A DNA stretch of 64,000 nt from an uncultured Collinsella sp. (GCA_902495355.1 CABUWV010000007.1:33686-97685), one strand, 5' to 3'. Shown: positions 17,117 through 27,106, numbered from the stretch's first letter. Program-made: numbers and translations. The notes: a model not told the origin generated them from the letters alone.

Positions 17117-18502
17117 ATGACGGATCAGGAAACGCCCGAGCGCGCGCACGTGACGGCCGACGATATCGAGGCCGCCAACGACCTTATCGACTTTATCGAG
17201 GCATGCCCCAGCATGTTTCATACGGCGGCGACCATTATGGCCGAGCTCGACGAGGCGGGCTTTACCTACCTGCCCGAGAACGCGGCATGGGATATCGAGC
17301 CGGGCGGGCGTTATTACACGCAGCGCAACACCTCGAGCGTCGTTGCCTTTAAGGTGGGCGAGGACCTGGCCGCGACGTGGGGCGAGGACGGCGTTGCCGG
17401 TGACTATCATTTTCAGCTCACGGCGTCGCACAGCGATTCGCCGACGTTTAAGGTCAAGGCTGTGCCCGAGCTCGATGGCGCGGGCGAGACACTGCGCCTG
17501 AACACCGAGGCCTACGGCGGCATGATCGACTACACCTGGTTCGATCGCCCGCTGGCGCTCGCGGGCCGCGTACTGGTGCGCGAGGGCGACCGTATTGAGA
17601 GCCGCCTGCTTGCCACCGAGCGCGAGGTCGCTATCATTCCGAGTCTTGCTATCCATATGAACCGCGGCGTTAACGAGGGCTTTGCTCCCAACCGAGCCGT
17701 CGACCTGTGCCCGCTCATCAGCGCCGGCGAACTCAAGCAGGGAGATTTTGATGCCCTGATTGCCGAAGAGCTGGACGTTGAGCCCGAGCAAATTCTGGGC
17801 CGCGATTTGTTCCTGGTCAACCGCCAGGATGCGCGCATTTGGGGCTGGGCCGACGAGTTTATCTCGACGCCCAAGCTCGACGACCTGGCCTGCGCCTATA
17901 CCTCGCTGCAGGCATTTTTGGGTGCTGAGAACGCGCGCGATGTCTCGGTCTTCTGCTGCTTTGATAACGAGGAGGTTGGCTCCGAGACCAAGCAGGGCGC
18001 CATGTCGACGTTCTTGGCCGACGCGCTGCGCCGCATCAACGGATCGCTGGGCTTTGACGACGAGTCGTACCATCGCGCACTTGCCGCCTCGATGCTTGTG
18101 AGCTGCGACAACGCGCATGCCGTGCACCCCAACCACGCCGAGAAGTGCGATGCCCGCAACCAGGTTGTGCTTAACGGCGGCATCGTCATCAAGGAAGCCG
18201 CCAACCAGCACTACTGCACCGATGCCTTTAGCCGCGCGGTGTTCCAGGCCATCTGCGATGATGCCGACGTGCCCACGCAGGCCTTTGCCAACAAGAGCGA
18301 CATGGCCGGCGGCTCTACGCTTGGCAATCTGTCCAATATGCAGGCGAGCATGCATGCTGTGGACGTGGGCCTGCCGCAGCTTGCCATGCACTCGAGCTAC
18401 GAGACCGGCGGCGTGCGCGACGTTATGTACGCCATCCGCGCCCTCACGGCTTTCTACGAGCGAAACCTAACCATCAACGGAGCCGAAAGCGCGGAGCTCT
18501 AA
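17117..18502 (+). CDS. M18-family (aspartyl) aminopeptidase
   Basis: SHSDSP, DNEEVGS and CDNAHAVHPN metal-ligand motifs. ATG at 17117 follows AAAGGGGAGAG. Confidence 0.85.
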   Translation: MTDQETPERAHVTADDIEAANDLIDFIEACPSMFHTAATIMAELDEAGFTYLPENAAWDIEPGGRYYTQRNTSSVVAFKVGEDLAATWGEDGVAGDYHFQLTASHSDSPTFKVKAVPELDGAGETLRLNTEAYGGMIDYTWFDRPLALAGRVLVREGDRIESRLLATEREVAIIPSLAIHMNRGVNEGFAPNRAVDLCPLISAGELKQGDFDALIAEELDVEPEQILGRDLFLVNRQDARIWGWADEFISTPKLDDLACAYTSLQAFLGAENARDVSVFCCFDNEEVGSETKQGAMSTFLADALRRINGSLGFDDESYHRALAASMLVSCDNAHAVHPNHAEKCDARNQVVLNGGIVIKEAANQHYCTDAFSRAVFQAICDDADVPTQAFANKSDMAGGSTLGNLSNMQASMHAVDVGLPQLAMHSSYETGGVRDVMYAIRALTAFYERNLTINGAESAEL

Positions 18503-18504
18503 AA

Positions 18505-18549
18505 CCTACCAAAAAGGGACAGGTTTACTTTGACAGGTTTTATCTGGGC
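18505..18549 (-). repeat. 45-nt dispersed stem-loop repeat, copy B (most diverged)
   Basis: The reverse complement reads GCCCAGATAAAACCTGTCAAAGTAAACCTGTCCCTTTTTGGTAGG. Confidence 0.85.
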
Positions 18550-18786
18550 AAATGCCGCAATGCCAACGGCAAGACGGAACTGCTAAGGCTTGCAGATAAA
18601 GCTGGCGCCAGCGAAACGCCGCAGGTAGAGCAAAAGTCAGCGAGAGCCCGCCGTTTGAGCCAAGGTGCCGTGAAATGAAAAGGCGCTGACCTTCTGGTCG
18701 CGCCTTTGAAATTGAACGGCAGATTGGCCAAACGGCGGGCTCGCAGCGTCGAGGGGTTCCGGCGTTTGGCAAAACGCCGGAACAAC

Positions 18787-19732
18787 CTAATGCTCAATCC
18801 AGCAACGCAGGGTCTCGCCGGCTTGCAGGTGACGCAGATTCTCTGCGGCAATGTCGACCACATTGTTGAGCGTGGCGGCCAGATGGAACCAGCCCGAGAT
18901 ATGCGGCGTAATGAGCATGTTAGGCGCATCCCACAGTGGGCTTGTCTCAGGCAGCGGCTCGGGGTCGGTGACGTCGACCGCGGCGCCGGCGAGATGACCC
19001 GACTCCAGGGCGGCAACCAAGTCGTCGGCGACCACAAGGTCGCCGCGGCCGCCGTTGGCAAAGAAGGCGCCCGGTTTCATCGCAGCGAAGAACTCGGCGT
19101 TCGCCAAGCCGCGGGTCTCGGGCGTGCTGGGCATAAAGGATGCGACGATGTCAGCCTCGGCCAGACGCTCGGGCAGGGCGTCCATGCTGTCCATGTCCTC
19201 AAACACAATGGGGTAGACGAGCGGATGGCGCTTGATGCCGCGGACGTGCGCACCCATGTTGCGGCAGAGCGTGGCGAAGTGGCCACCGATATCGCCCGCG
19301 CCCAGCACCAGCACATTGGCGTTTTTGAGCGAGGTGACCGGCCCCAAATCCTCCCAGCGATGCTCGCGCTGCAGGTCCTGGTAGCCGGGCAGGCGCTTCA
19401 TCATAGACAGCACCATGGCAAACATGTGCTCGCTCACGGCCTGGCCGTAGGCGCCTACCGAGCAGGAGAGCTTAGCGTCGGCTGGCACGGTGCCAGCGGT
19501 CAAGTAATCGTCATAGCCCGCGGTCTGCAGTTGCAGCAGCTGGAGGTGCTCGCACGCGGTAAGCAGGGCAGGGTCTATGTTGCCCAAGATCACGTCGGCG
19601 TTGGCGACCTGCTCACGTGTGATGGCGTCGGCGCTCGTATAGATAAAGTCCTCGCCCGGAGCGCTCGACTCAAGAATTGCGCGATGGCGGTCGTTGACGG
19701 GCAGCAAAACCAGGATGTTCACAAGCAGTCCT
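18787..19732 (-). CDS. D-isomer-specific 2-hydroxyacid dehydrogenase family protein
   Basis: NAD motif VLGAGDIGG and C-terminal ITPHISG. I place the start at the GTG at 19732, 6 nt after GGAAAGGA. The track ATG at 19788 would translate through repeat copy C. Confidence 0.8.
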
Positions 19733-19742
19733 TTCCGCTCGA

Positions 19743-19785
19743 CCTGCCAAAAAGGGACAGGTTTATTTTGGCAGGTTGTATCAGG
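19743..19785 (-). repeat. 45-nt dispersed stem-loop repeat, copy C
   Basis: The reverse complement reads CCTGATACAACCTGCCAAAATAAACCTGTCCCTTTTTGGCAGG. Confidence 0.9.
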
Positions 19786-19855
19786 CAAAACGTTATAAAA
19801 ACGCCGGGCTACGCGATGGTTAACATATCCATCGCGTAGCCCGGCGCATCCACAG

Positions 19856-20743
19856 CTACCAGCTCAGCAGCTCGTAACCATCCTCGGTCACCACGAGCTG
19901 TACCTCGCACTGGGCCGAATCGCTGCCGTCCTTGGTGCGCACGCACCAGCCGTCACCCTTGCTGATCTTGATGTCGGGCGCTCCGGCGTTGACCATGGGC
20001 TCGATGGTAAAGACCATGCCCGGGGCCATGATAGTGTCCACATCGGGTGCCTCGGTGGTAAAGCCCACAAACGGGTCCTCGTGGAACTCCTTGCCAATGC
20101 CGTGTCCGCCGTACTCGCGCACCACGCTAAAGCCGGCGTCCTCGACCGTCTTTTGCACGGCCTCGGCCATCACAGACAGCGGCAGCCATGGCTTGACGGC
20201 TGCCAGACCCGCCTTCACGCTGGCGCGGGTGACGTCGACCAAGCGCTGGCGCTCGGCAGAGACCTCGCCGATGCAGAACATGCGGCTCGAATCACTAAAG
20301 TAGCCGTCCAAAATCGTGGAGCAGTCCACGTTGATGATGTCGCCCTCGTGCAGCACGTCCGTATCGCAGGGGATGCCGTGGCAGACGACGTCGTTGATCG
20401 AGGTACACACGCTCTTGGGATAGCCCTCGTAGTTGAGATCGGCCGGCGTGCCACCGTGCTCGACGGTGTAGTCGTAGATCATCTGGTCGATCTGGTTGGT
20501 GGTCATGCCAGCGGCGATGTGCTCGCCTACGTAATCGAGCACGCCCACGTTGATGGCGGCCGAGCGCTTGATGCCCTCGATATCGGCGGGCGTCTTGTAG
20601 AGCGTGCGGGGCAGAACCTCCCAGCCCTCTTCCCACAGGCGCTCGAGGCGCTCATCAAAGGCGCTATGGCATTTCTTATATTTTTTGCCGCTGCCGCACC
20701 AGCAGGCGTCGTTGCGGCCGGGCACGGGTCCATTGTCAAACAT
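19856..20743 (-). CDS. map: type I methionine aminopeptidase with N-terminal SEC-C zinc motif
   Basis: CWCGSGKKYKKCH (SEC-C) followed by the pita-bread fold with HGIP and metal-ligand D/H/E positions. Confidence 0.9.
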   Translation of the reverse strand: MFDNGPVPGRNDACWCGSGKKYKKCHSAFDERLERLWEEGWEVLPRTLYKTPADIEGIKRSAAINVGVLDYVGEHIAAGMTTNQIDQMIYDYTVEHGGTPADLNYEGYPKSVCTSINDVVCHGIPCDTDVLHEGDIINVDCSTILDGYFSDSSRMFCIGEVSAERQRLVDVTRASVKAGLAAVKPWLPLSVMAEAVQKTVEDAGFSVVREYGGHGIGKEFHEDPFVGFTTEAPDVDTIMAPGMVFTIEPMVNAGAPDIKISKGDGWCVRTKDGSDSAQCEVQLVVTEDGYELLSW

Positions 20744-20798
20744 GGCTAACTTCCTTTCATTCGCAGCTAGTATAGCCCACTCACAGGGCAGCTGCGCG

Positions 20799-21581
20799 CT
20801 AGTAGCTCACCTGGCAGGGAATGCCGAGGGCGCGCACGCGCGCGGCAATGGCGTCGAGCACCTCGGGTGCTGCCTTGGCAAGGCCGGCGACCGGTGTCTC
20901 GCGCGCTACCGTGTAGATGGTTGCTTCTTGTGGGCGAATGCGCTCAAGCGCCGCGAGCCAGGGGGCAACGTACTCCTCGCCGGTGTTGTCGATGAGCTTG
21001 CCCTGATACTCACCGGTCAAAAAGATCGTCTGGATAATAACGTGACCGTCAAAGCTTGCGAACGTCTCGATCTGGTGCTCGACGTCGTAGGGGCCAACAG
21101 GCTGGTCGAGCAGCTGGATAAACGCCGGGTCGACGGTATCGAGCTTAAGAATGTTGTCGTCGACCATCATGAGCGCGTCGTGCACTTCGGGGCGGTCGGC
21201 GCGCGTGCCGTTGGAGAGCACGGCGATCTTGGAGTTTGGGGCAAGCTCGTCGCGCAGCGCGACGGCGCCGGCGATGGCCTGCGGAAACTCCGGTGCGGCG
21301 GTGGGCTCGCCGTTGCCTGCGAAGGTGATCACATCGGGGAGCTCGCCCTCGGCTGCCATCTCGCGCAGCTTTGCCTCGAGCGCGTCGAGTACCACGGCGG
21401 CTGTGTTGTACGGCTCATGGCAGGGGCGCTCGGCGTTGAGGCCGTTTTCGCAGTAAATGCAGTCGAACGTGCAGATTTTGCCGCTGGCCGGCATCATGTT
21501 GACGCCGAGCGAGAGGCCAAGGCGACGGCTGCGAACGGGCCCAAAGATGGGGCTGGCATTCAAAAACGTAGACATAGGCAT
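20799..21581 (-). CDS. radical SAM protein (function unknown)
   Basis: GPVRSRRLGLSLGVN followed by the CTFDCIYC (CxxxCxxC) cluster motif. ATG at 21581 is preceded by GAGGAG. The track ORF extends much further upstream without support. Confidence 0.8.
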   Translation of the reverse strand: MPMSTFLNASPIFGPVRSRRLGLSLGVNMMPASGKICTFDCIYCENGLNAERPCHEPYNTAAVVLDALEAKLREMAAEGELPDVITFAGNGEPTAAPEFPQAIAGAVALRDELAPNSKIAVLSNGTRADRPEVHDALMMVDDNILKLDTVDPAFIQLLDQPVGPYDVEHQIETFASFDGHVIIQTIFLTGEYQGKLIDNTGEEYVAPWLAALERIRPQEATIYTVARETPVAGLAKAAPEVLDAIAARVRALGIPCQVSY

Positions 21582-21800
21582 ATGCTCCTCAAGACAATTG
21601 TGCCTAAGCATAGCATCGGCTCCAAAGCAAGGTGCGGGCTCTTGCTTTACAAGTTTCGTTTTTTCACGTCGCCCATTATGCCGCGCCATGAAAAGCCTCG
21701 GGTCGGGTAAAGTTAATCTGTTAACAAGGTGTAAGGCAATGTGGGTCCATCCAACCGCGCTGACGTGCAACTGGATGAGCATTGATGATGGGGGCACAAC

Positions 21801-22610
21801 ATGAATTATACGGTCGAGAATGCGGGCACCACGATTGCCTGTCGCGAATATGCCGGCCCAGATGTGTCGCCTGATGCTCCTGCCTTGGTGTGCGTGCACG
21901 GCGCTTGTGTCGACGGCACATTTTTCGACGGTATCGCTTGTGAGCTCAGCCGCAACTACCGTGTAATTGCCTACGACCGCCGCGGCTGCGGTGGCAGCAG
22001 CGATGCGGCAGACGGCAGCTATGATCTTGCCGCTCAGGCCGCCGACCTGCAAGCCGTGATCGAACACGTTGGCGCTCCGGCAAATGTGCTTGCGCATAGC
22101 GCCGGCACGTTGGTGGCGCTGGAGCTTCTTCGCACCGAACCCCATCTCGTCGCCCGTGCGATTCTGCATGAGCCGGCTGTGTCGGCCGAAGGCGTCGGTA
22201 TGGGCGCAGCTCCGGTTTTGCTCGATATGATTGCGGCTGGAAAGGTTTCAAGGGCGCTCCGGCTTTTCTTGGGAGCTCTCGGCGACTTGGACCCCGAGGC
22301 TCCTGGGACGACCGAAGCGGAAGTCAAACATGCCCTGCGCAATGGTCGTTGCTTTATGGCGAACGAATATGGAACAAATATGACTTACGTTCCCAATTGG
22401 GATAGTGTCTGCGCATCGAAGTCCGTTGCTGCTGTGCTTCTCGGCGAGCTTTCGCTCGGTACGCCCCGCGAGGCTGGTACGCGAGCGGCTGCCGAATATC
22501 TCGATTGCCCCCTTGTGACGATCCCGGGCGCGCATAACGGTCTGCGCGATCGCCCCGTTACGGCGGCAAACGCCGTTCGCGATGTCTTGGAGCGTTGGCA
22601 CGCTCGATGA
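21801..22610 (+). CDS. alpha/beta-fold hydrolase
   Basis: HG oxyanion region (VCVHGACVDG), nucleophile elbow AHSAG, C-terminal GAHNG. Confidence 0.75.
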   Translation: MNYTVENAGTTIACREYAGPDVSPDAPALVCVHGACVDGTFFDGIACELSRNYRVIAYDRRGCGGSSDAADGSYDLAAQAADLQAVIEHVGAPANVLAHSAGTLVALELLRTEPHLVARAILHEPAVSAEGVGMGAAPVLLDMIAAGKVSRALRLFLGALGDLDPEAPGTTEAEVKHALRNGRCFMANEYGTNMTYVPNWDSVCASKSVAAVLLGELSLGTPREAGTRAAAEYLDCPLVTIPGAHNGLRDRPVTAANAVRDVLERWHAR

Positions 22611-22694
22611 CCTGCGGGGAGAGGGGCTGTTAGCGTTTCGTCATTGTTAACGAATGCGCCCATAACCGCGCGCCCGCGGCTCCATTACCGCCGT

Positions 22695-22723
22695 TTGCCA
22701 GGTCATAAAAATGTAACGATAAT
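22695..22723 (+). promoter_or_regulatory. candidate sigma70-type promoter for the GGDEF/REC/HD-GYP operon
   Basis: TTGCCA (22695-22700), 17-nt spacer, GATAAT (22718-22723), about 85 nt upstream of the ATG. Confidence 0.45.
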
Positions 22724-22809
22724 CGCGCGTTTGCCTTCAGCTGTTAGATGCTACCCTTGTACCAATTGATATGCACCGTTGCCGTGCGTAACGATAGGAA
22801 GGGCCCCAT

Positions 22810-24690
22810 ATGCTCAATAATCACGAGGTCAATCTAACCGACGAGGAGGCTGCCGCCGAGGTCGCCCGTGTCGCAAGGACCTACCCCGTGGTACGTTTGC
22901 TGTCGGCCGATCAGATTAAGAGCGAGCCTAACTGCCTGCTCGCCGGCGATCGCTGCCCTTGTCTGCGTCAGTCGAGTCTTGAGGCCTTGACAGATTCCGA
23001 TGAGGTGTCGGAGCAACTGCTCAACGATGGTGTTGAGTACCGCGCCCGTCTGCGCCCTCTAAAGGTCGAGGGCGAGCCTCATGTCTTGCTGATGGTGCGT
23101 CCGATCGATGGGCAAGAGGCTGCAGAAGAGGACCTTGTCTACACCGACGTGCTGACGAATGTGCGCAATCGCCGATATTACGAAGAAAAGCTCCGTAGCG
23201 CCCGCATGAAGGCCGGTGTTGCGATGATCGACCTTGATGATTTTAGGGTCTTCAACGATACGTGTGGCCGCCATGCCGGCGACCTTGCGCTCGGTGCTGT
23301 GGCAACAGCCATACGCAGCGGAATTCGTTCGACTGACGAGCTTGTACGCTATGGCTGCGACAAGTTTGTGGTCGTCATGCCCGATATTCCCTCCGATGAC
23401 TTCACCCGTCGCCTGCACCAGGTGTCCGATGCCGTTCATGCCACGATTGTTCCGGGCCATGAGTACGTGAGCTTGACGGCATGTATTGGTGGCGTTCGCA
23501 TTCATGGCGAGACGGTCGATGAGGGTGTTGGCCGCGCTGTCCAGTTACTGAGCCGTGCCAAGGCAAAAGCCGGTACGGTCGTGACCGATGCCGATTCCAT
23601 CGAGGCCTTCCAAAGCGAAAAGCCTTTGGTGCTTATTGTCGATGACTCCGACATGAACCGAGCCATTCTCAACGAGATGCTCAAGGACGAGTATTGCATT
23701 CTCGAGGCCGCCAACGGTCGTACGGCGCTCGACATGGTCGACCGCTATGGCGATGAGTTGTCGCTCGTGCTACTGGATATTGTCATGCCGGGCATAAGCG
23801 GCTTTGAGGTGCTGGCCGATCTGTCGCGCCGATCGGGTATCGACAATCTGCCTTTCATCATGATTTCGAGCGAAGATTCCGATGATATGGTTTTGCGCGC
23901 GTACGAGCTGGGCGCCTCGGACTATATCAACCGCCCGTTTGACTCCCGTGTCGTGCGCCGCCGTGTAAGCAACACCATCCGCCTATACGCCAAGCAGCGC
24001 CGCCTGACGAGCCTGCTGTCCCAGCAGTACAACGAGCGCGTCAAGAACAGTCGCATGCTCATCGACATCATGGCCGGCGTCATGGAGCTTCGCAATGGCG
24101 AGAGCGGCAGGCACGTTACGAACATCGAGAAGCTGACCGAGCTGCTGCTTGGCTGTCTGGTCCAGCGTAGCGGCACGATCTCCCTCGACAATGAGGAACG
24201 CTCTACGATTGCCCTGGCTTCGGCGCTGCACGATATCGGCAAGATGTCGATTGACGATGCGATTCTCAACAAACCCGGGCGCCTTACGCCCGAGGAGTTC
24301 GAGATTATGAAGACGCATACCACGATGGGCGCCGACATGTTGCTTGAGCTGGGCCGCCATCACGTCGGCAATGCGCTTATGGAATATGCGTACCAGATTG
24401 CGCGTTGGCATCACGAGCGCTGGGACGGCAAGGGCTATCCCGATGGCCTTAAGGGCGACGAGATTCCCATTGCCGCGCAGGTGGTCTCGGTGGCCGACGT
24501 GTATGATGCGCTGACGAGCGTGCGCGTGTACAAGGACGCTATCCCGCACAAGGAGGCGATCCAGATGATCCTGGACGGTAAGTGCGGTACCTTTAACCCA
24601 CTGTTGCTCGACTGCCTGCTCGAGGTGCAAGACCGTATTGCCGAGACGTTGGCACGCCCCGCCGACGTTGTCGCGTTTCCCACGATTTAG
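22810..24690 (+). CDS. multidomain c-di-GMP protein: Cys-containing N-terminal region, degenerate GGDEF, REC receiver, HD-GYP phosphodiesterase
   Basis: The GGDEF fold carries RYGCDKF in place of GGDEF but keeps RSTD (RxxD) upstream. REC: LIVDDSD...LLDIVMPG. HD-GYP: ALHDIGK...HHERWDGKGYPDG. Confidence 0.85.
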   Translation: MLNNHEVNLTDEEAAAEVARVARTYPVVRLLSADQIKSEPNCLLAGDRCPCLRQSSLEALTDSDEVSEQLLNDGVEYRARLRPLKVEGEPHVLLMVRPIDGQEAAEEDLVYTDVLTNVRNRRYYEEKLRSARMKAGVAMIDLDDFRVFNDTCGRHAGDLALGAVATAIRSGIRSTDELVRYGCDKFVVVMPDIPSDDFTRRLHQVSDAVHATIVPGHEYVSLTACIGGVRIHGETVDEGVGRAVQLLSRAKAKAGTVVTDADSIEAFQSEKPLVLIVDDSDMNRAILNEMLKDEYCILEAANGRTALDMVDRYGDELSLVLLDIVMPGISGFEVLADLSRRSGIDNLPFIMISSEDSDDMVLRAYELGASDYINRPFDSRVVRRRVSNTIRLYAKQRRLTSLLSQQYNERVKNSRMLIDIMAGVMELRNGESGRHVTNIEKLTELLLGCLVQRSGTISLDNEERSTIALASALHDIGKMSIDDAILNKPGRLTPEEFEIMKTHTTMGADMLLELGRHHVGNALMEYAYQIARWHHERWDGKGYPDGLKGDEIPIAAQVVSVADVYDALTSVRVYKDAIPHKEAIQMILDGKCGTFNPLLLDCLLEVQDRIAETLARPADVVAFPTI

Positions 24691-24714
24691 TTTGAACAAA
24701 GGAGTTTTTAATCC

Positions 24715-25071
24715 ATGATTTCCATGCGTGAGGCGTATGAGAAGATCGGCGCTAATTATGATGACGCGTGCGCTCGGCTGATGGGCGAGGAAATGCTTGC
24801 CCGCTTTGCCCCCAAGTTTTTGGATGACGAGAGCATGGACAAGCTGGAGGCCGCCATGGCGGCAGGAGACGCCGAAGGTGCGTTTATGGCATCGCACACG
24901 CTCAAGGGCGTGAGCCAGAACCTGGGATTCGATAATCTGTACGAGCCGGCGGTCGTGGTGACCGAAGCGCTGCGCGGCGCCGATGCCGTTGACGGCGCTC
25001 GCGAGGGAATGCATGCGTTGCAGCAGCAATATGCGGCTACGATGTCGGCCCTGCGCGAAGCGGCTGAATAA
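24715..25071 (+). CDS. Hpt (histidine phosphotransfer) domain protein
   Basis: SHTLKG phospho-histidine motif, about 118 aa and helical. Lies 24 nt after the upstream stop with an AAAGGAG RBS. Confidence 0.75.
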   Translation: MISMREAYEKIGANYDDACARLMGEEMLARFAPKFLDDESMDKLEAAMAAGDAEGAFMASHTLKGVSQNLGFDNLYEPAVVVTEALRGADAVDGAREGMHALQQQYAATMSALREAAE

Positions 25072-25095
25072 GAGCTTGCGAGCCTTGATGACTAT

Positions 25096-25159
25096 GAGAG
25101 TGGATAATCTCCCGTTTTAGGCCCGGTGGTGGCCTCGAAGTGGGAGATTATCCACTCTC
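25096..25159. repeat. perfect 18-bp-stem hairpin at the high-GC/low-GC boundary
   Basis: GAGAGTGGATAATCTCCC (25096-25113) and GGGAGATTATCCACTCTC (25142-25159), with inner AGGCC/GGCCT. A partial extra copy, ATCCACTCTC, lies within 25176-25190. Confidence 0.8.
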
Positions 25160-25300
25160 GTTCGATACGTGTCCAAAATCCACTCTCACCCCTTCTGATT
25201 AGTGAATGGGCTATGCGCACTGGCGGGGCTTTCCGCATGCAATCAATATCGTTGTTCGATAAACTGTTCGAATAACGATAGAGTCGATGAGGGTGAGTGT

Positions 25301-25861
25301 ATGTCTAACAGCGTTCAGCGTATGGCCAAAGCGGGCGAAAATATCAGGAAGCTTGGCTTTTGCATGGCAGCCGTTTTTGCAGGGATGCTCGTCGCTTTTG
25401 CCGCGTTGGTTGTTTACGTGATCTGGTATGCGGTTGCAAACGTTGCTTCTGTCGATTCATTCGGCGTCGTGACGCTTCTCGATGGCGGGTGCATCGTTAT
25501 CCCAAGCGGACTGTGCCTGGCACTCGTCGTGGGTATTTCGCTTGTCGTTCTGTGTGGGATCAGCCGTAACATCTCGCGAGGCGTCTCGCCCTTTACCAAG
25601 ACGCATGTGCGGCTTATCCGTGTTCTTGCGCTTGCCTTTGCTGTTAACGCCGCGGTTTCGCTTATTGGTGCCTACGGATCGGTCAATCTTACCATTGGTG
25701 GGCTGGAGCTTTACGTCGTGCCTCATTCCTTCGTTATTGAGATTTGCCAAGGCGTTGCCTTTGATGCGGGGTCGCTTATCGGCGCAGTTGTCTGTTTGTT
25801 TATCTCGGCGATCTGGAGTTATGCCTCGCTGCTCCAAGAGCAGTCTGACGAGCTTGTGTAG
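25301..25861 (+). CDS. DUF2975-family membrane protein
   Basis: About four TM segments, ISRGVSPFTKTHVRLIRVLA and C-terminal SLLQEQSDELV resemble the DUF2975 pattern as I recall it. Immediately followed by a small Xre HTH gene, the usual partner. Confidence 0.65.
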   Translation: MSNSVQRMAKAGENIRKLGFCMAAVFAGMLVAFAALVVYVIWYAVANVASVDSFGVVTLLDGGCIVIPSGLCLALVVGISLVVLCGISRNISRGVSPFTKTHVRLIRVLALAFAVNAAVSLIGAYGSVNLTIGGLELYVVPHSFVIEICQGVAFDAGSLIGAVVCLFISAIWSYASLLQEQSDELV

Positions 25862-25869
25862 GAGGAAAC

Positions 25870-26199
25870 ATGAGCTATCTCATCATCGAGCTTGAGACGC
25901 AGCTGCTTAAGACCGGAAAGACCAGCGCTGATCTGATTCGGGCGACGGGGCATACTCCGGCTAATATTTCAAAGCTTAGAAACGGAAAAATTAAAGCTAT
26001 TCGCCTTAAGACGCTTCTCGATATTTGCGATGAACTTGACTGTCAACCGGGAGATATTATTCGGCGGGTGAGTGAGAAAGAGCTTGAGGAGCTTATTGTT
26101 GAGCGTGCAAAAAATGTCGTGAGGCAGATGCGGAATGGTGGAGGCAATGAGGCGTCGCTTCCGACATCAGTCTTTGCTGTAGATTTGAGCGACGAGTAG
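25870..26199 (+). CDS. Xre/Cro-type HTH transcriptional regulator (YozG-like)
   Basis: HTH LIRATGHTPANISKLRNGKIKAIRLKTLLDICDELDCQPGDII. 8-nt gap after the DUF2975 gene. Confidence 0.8.
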   Translation: MSYLIIELETQLLKTGKTSADLIRATGHTPANISKLRNGKIKAIRLKTLLDICDELDCQPGDIIRRVSEKELEELIVERAKNVVRQMRNGGGNEASLPTSVFAVDLSDE

Positions 26200-26233
26200 C
26201 ATATAGCGAGCAGCTAAAACGAGATATTGGTGT

Positions 26234-26265
26234 GATGGGGCCCGTGTCTAGCGCGGGCCCCATCT
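26234..26265 (+). terminator. intrinsic terminator after the HTH gene
   Basis: GATGGGGCCC (26234-26243) pairs with GGGCCCCATC (26256-26265), followed by TCTTT. Confidence 0.6.
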
Positions 26266-26344
26266 CTTTAAATTATCTTGACAAATATGAGTTATCGAAA
26301 AACAATAACAACCATGCAAAACGATAAAGGAAAGAAGGAACGAT

Positions 26345-27106
26345 ATGAGCGGTTTTTCTATCAAGCAGAACGGGGGTCCAATGAACGCATCAGCGATTAA
26401 GCTATCAAAGGTGTCAAAGCGCTACGGGAAACGGCGCGTTTTGCATGACGTTTCCTTCGAGGTGCATCAGTCTGAGCTCTGTGCCCTTGTCGGTGCAAAC
26501 GGTGCGGGCAAAAGCACGCTTATTAAAATCGTCTTGGGCCTCTGCGAGCCATCGTCGGGGAGCGTGGAGCTCTTTGGAGGCAAATCAAAAAGAGAGCTTG
26601 GCTTGATGCGGACGCGTGTCGGCTATGTGCCAGATTCCAGCGGAGCATACCAATCCCTCAGTGCGGTTGAGAATCTCCAAATCCGATGTTTGGAATGGGG
26701 GCTTGATGCGAATCGTGAGATTCCTCGCGTTTTGAGCCTAGTTGGACTGGATGCCGATGAGAAAAAGAACATGAGCAGTTTTTCTCTGGGAATGAAACGG
26801 CGGCTGGATATAGCTACGGCTTTGTTGGGTGACACTGATCTGCTTATTTTTGATGAGCCAGCGAACGGGTTGGACCCGCTGGGCATCGAGAGTATATGGG
26901 CCCTTATCGGTCGATTGAATCGAGAACAGGGTAAGACCATGCTCATCTCTAGCCATGATTTGGATGAGTTGGCATCAGTTGCAACAAGTTGCGTGTTTAT
27001 CCATGACGGCGAACTGCTGAAAAAGGAACCGATGGACGTCATAAGGGATGAGGCATCGTCCCTAAAAGAGTATTACAGGCGCTTGATGAAGGCGGTCTCG
27101 CTATGA
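26345..27106 (+). CDS. ABC transporter ATP-binding protein (ABC-2/LanF-like)
   Basis: Walker A GANGAGKST, signature FSLGMKRR, Walker B LLIFDEPANGLD. Strong RBS GAAGGA. The Q-loop position reads VPD (acidic rather than Gln). Confidence 0.85.
   Translation: MSGFSIKQNGGPMNASAIKLSKVSKRYGKRRVLHDVSFEVHQSELCALVGANGAGKSTLIKIVLGLCEPSSGSVELFGGKSKRELGLMRTRVGYVPDSSGAYQSLSAVENLQIRCLEWGLDANREIPRVLSLVGLDADEKKNMSSFSLGMKRRLDIATALLGDTDLLIFDEPANGLDPLGIESIWALIGRLNREQGKTMLISSHDLDELASVATSCVFIHDGELLKKEPMDVIRDEASSLKEYYRRLMKAVSL

Noticed and set aside
16952-18391. 479-aa minus-strand ORF over the M18 aminopeptidase, plus similar shadows at 18706-19839 (+), 1687-2781 (+), 3190-4242 (+), 6197-7060 (-), 35616-36254 (+) and 62937-63779 (-)
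   Set aside because: Each lies antisense to a gene with clear family motifs and has a low-complexity Arg/Gly/Ala/His composition with no RBS or domain.
20799-22169. The track ORF gives the radical SAM protein a approximately 196-aa N-terminal extension
   Set aside because: The extension overlaps the divergent alpha/beta hydrolase gene and is low-complexity. A GAGGAG-ATG start at 21581 gives the canonical N-terminus (GPVRSRRLG...CxxxCxxC).
26278-26307. TTGACA box upstream of the island ABC ATPase as a full promoter
   Set aside because: The -35 is perfect, but the best -10 candidates at 17-19 nt (AACAAT, ACAATA, CAATAA) are weak. It is mentioned in the island finding only.
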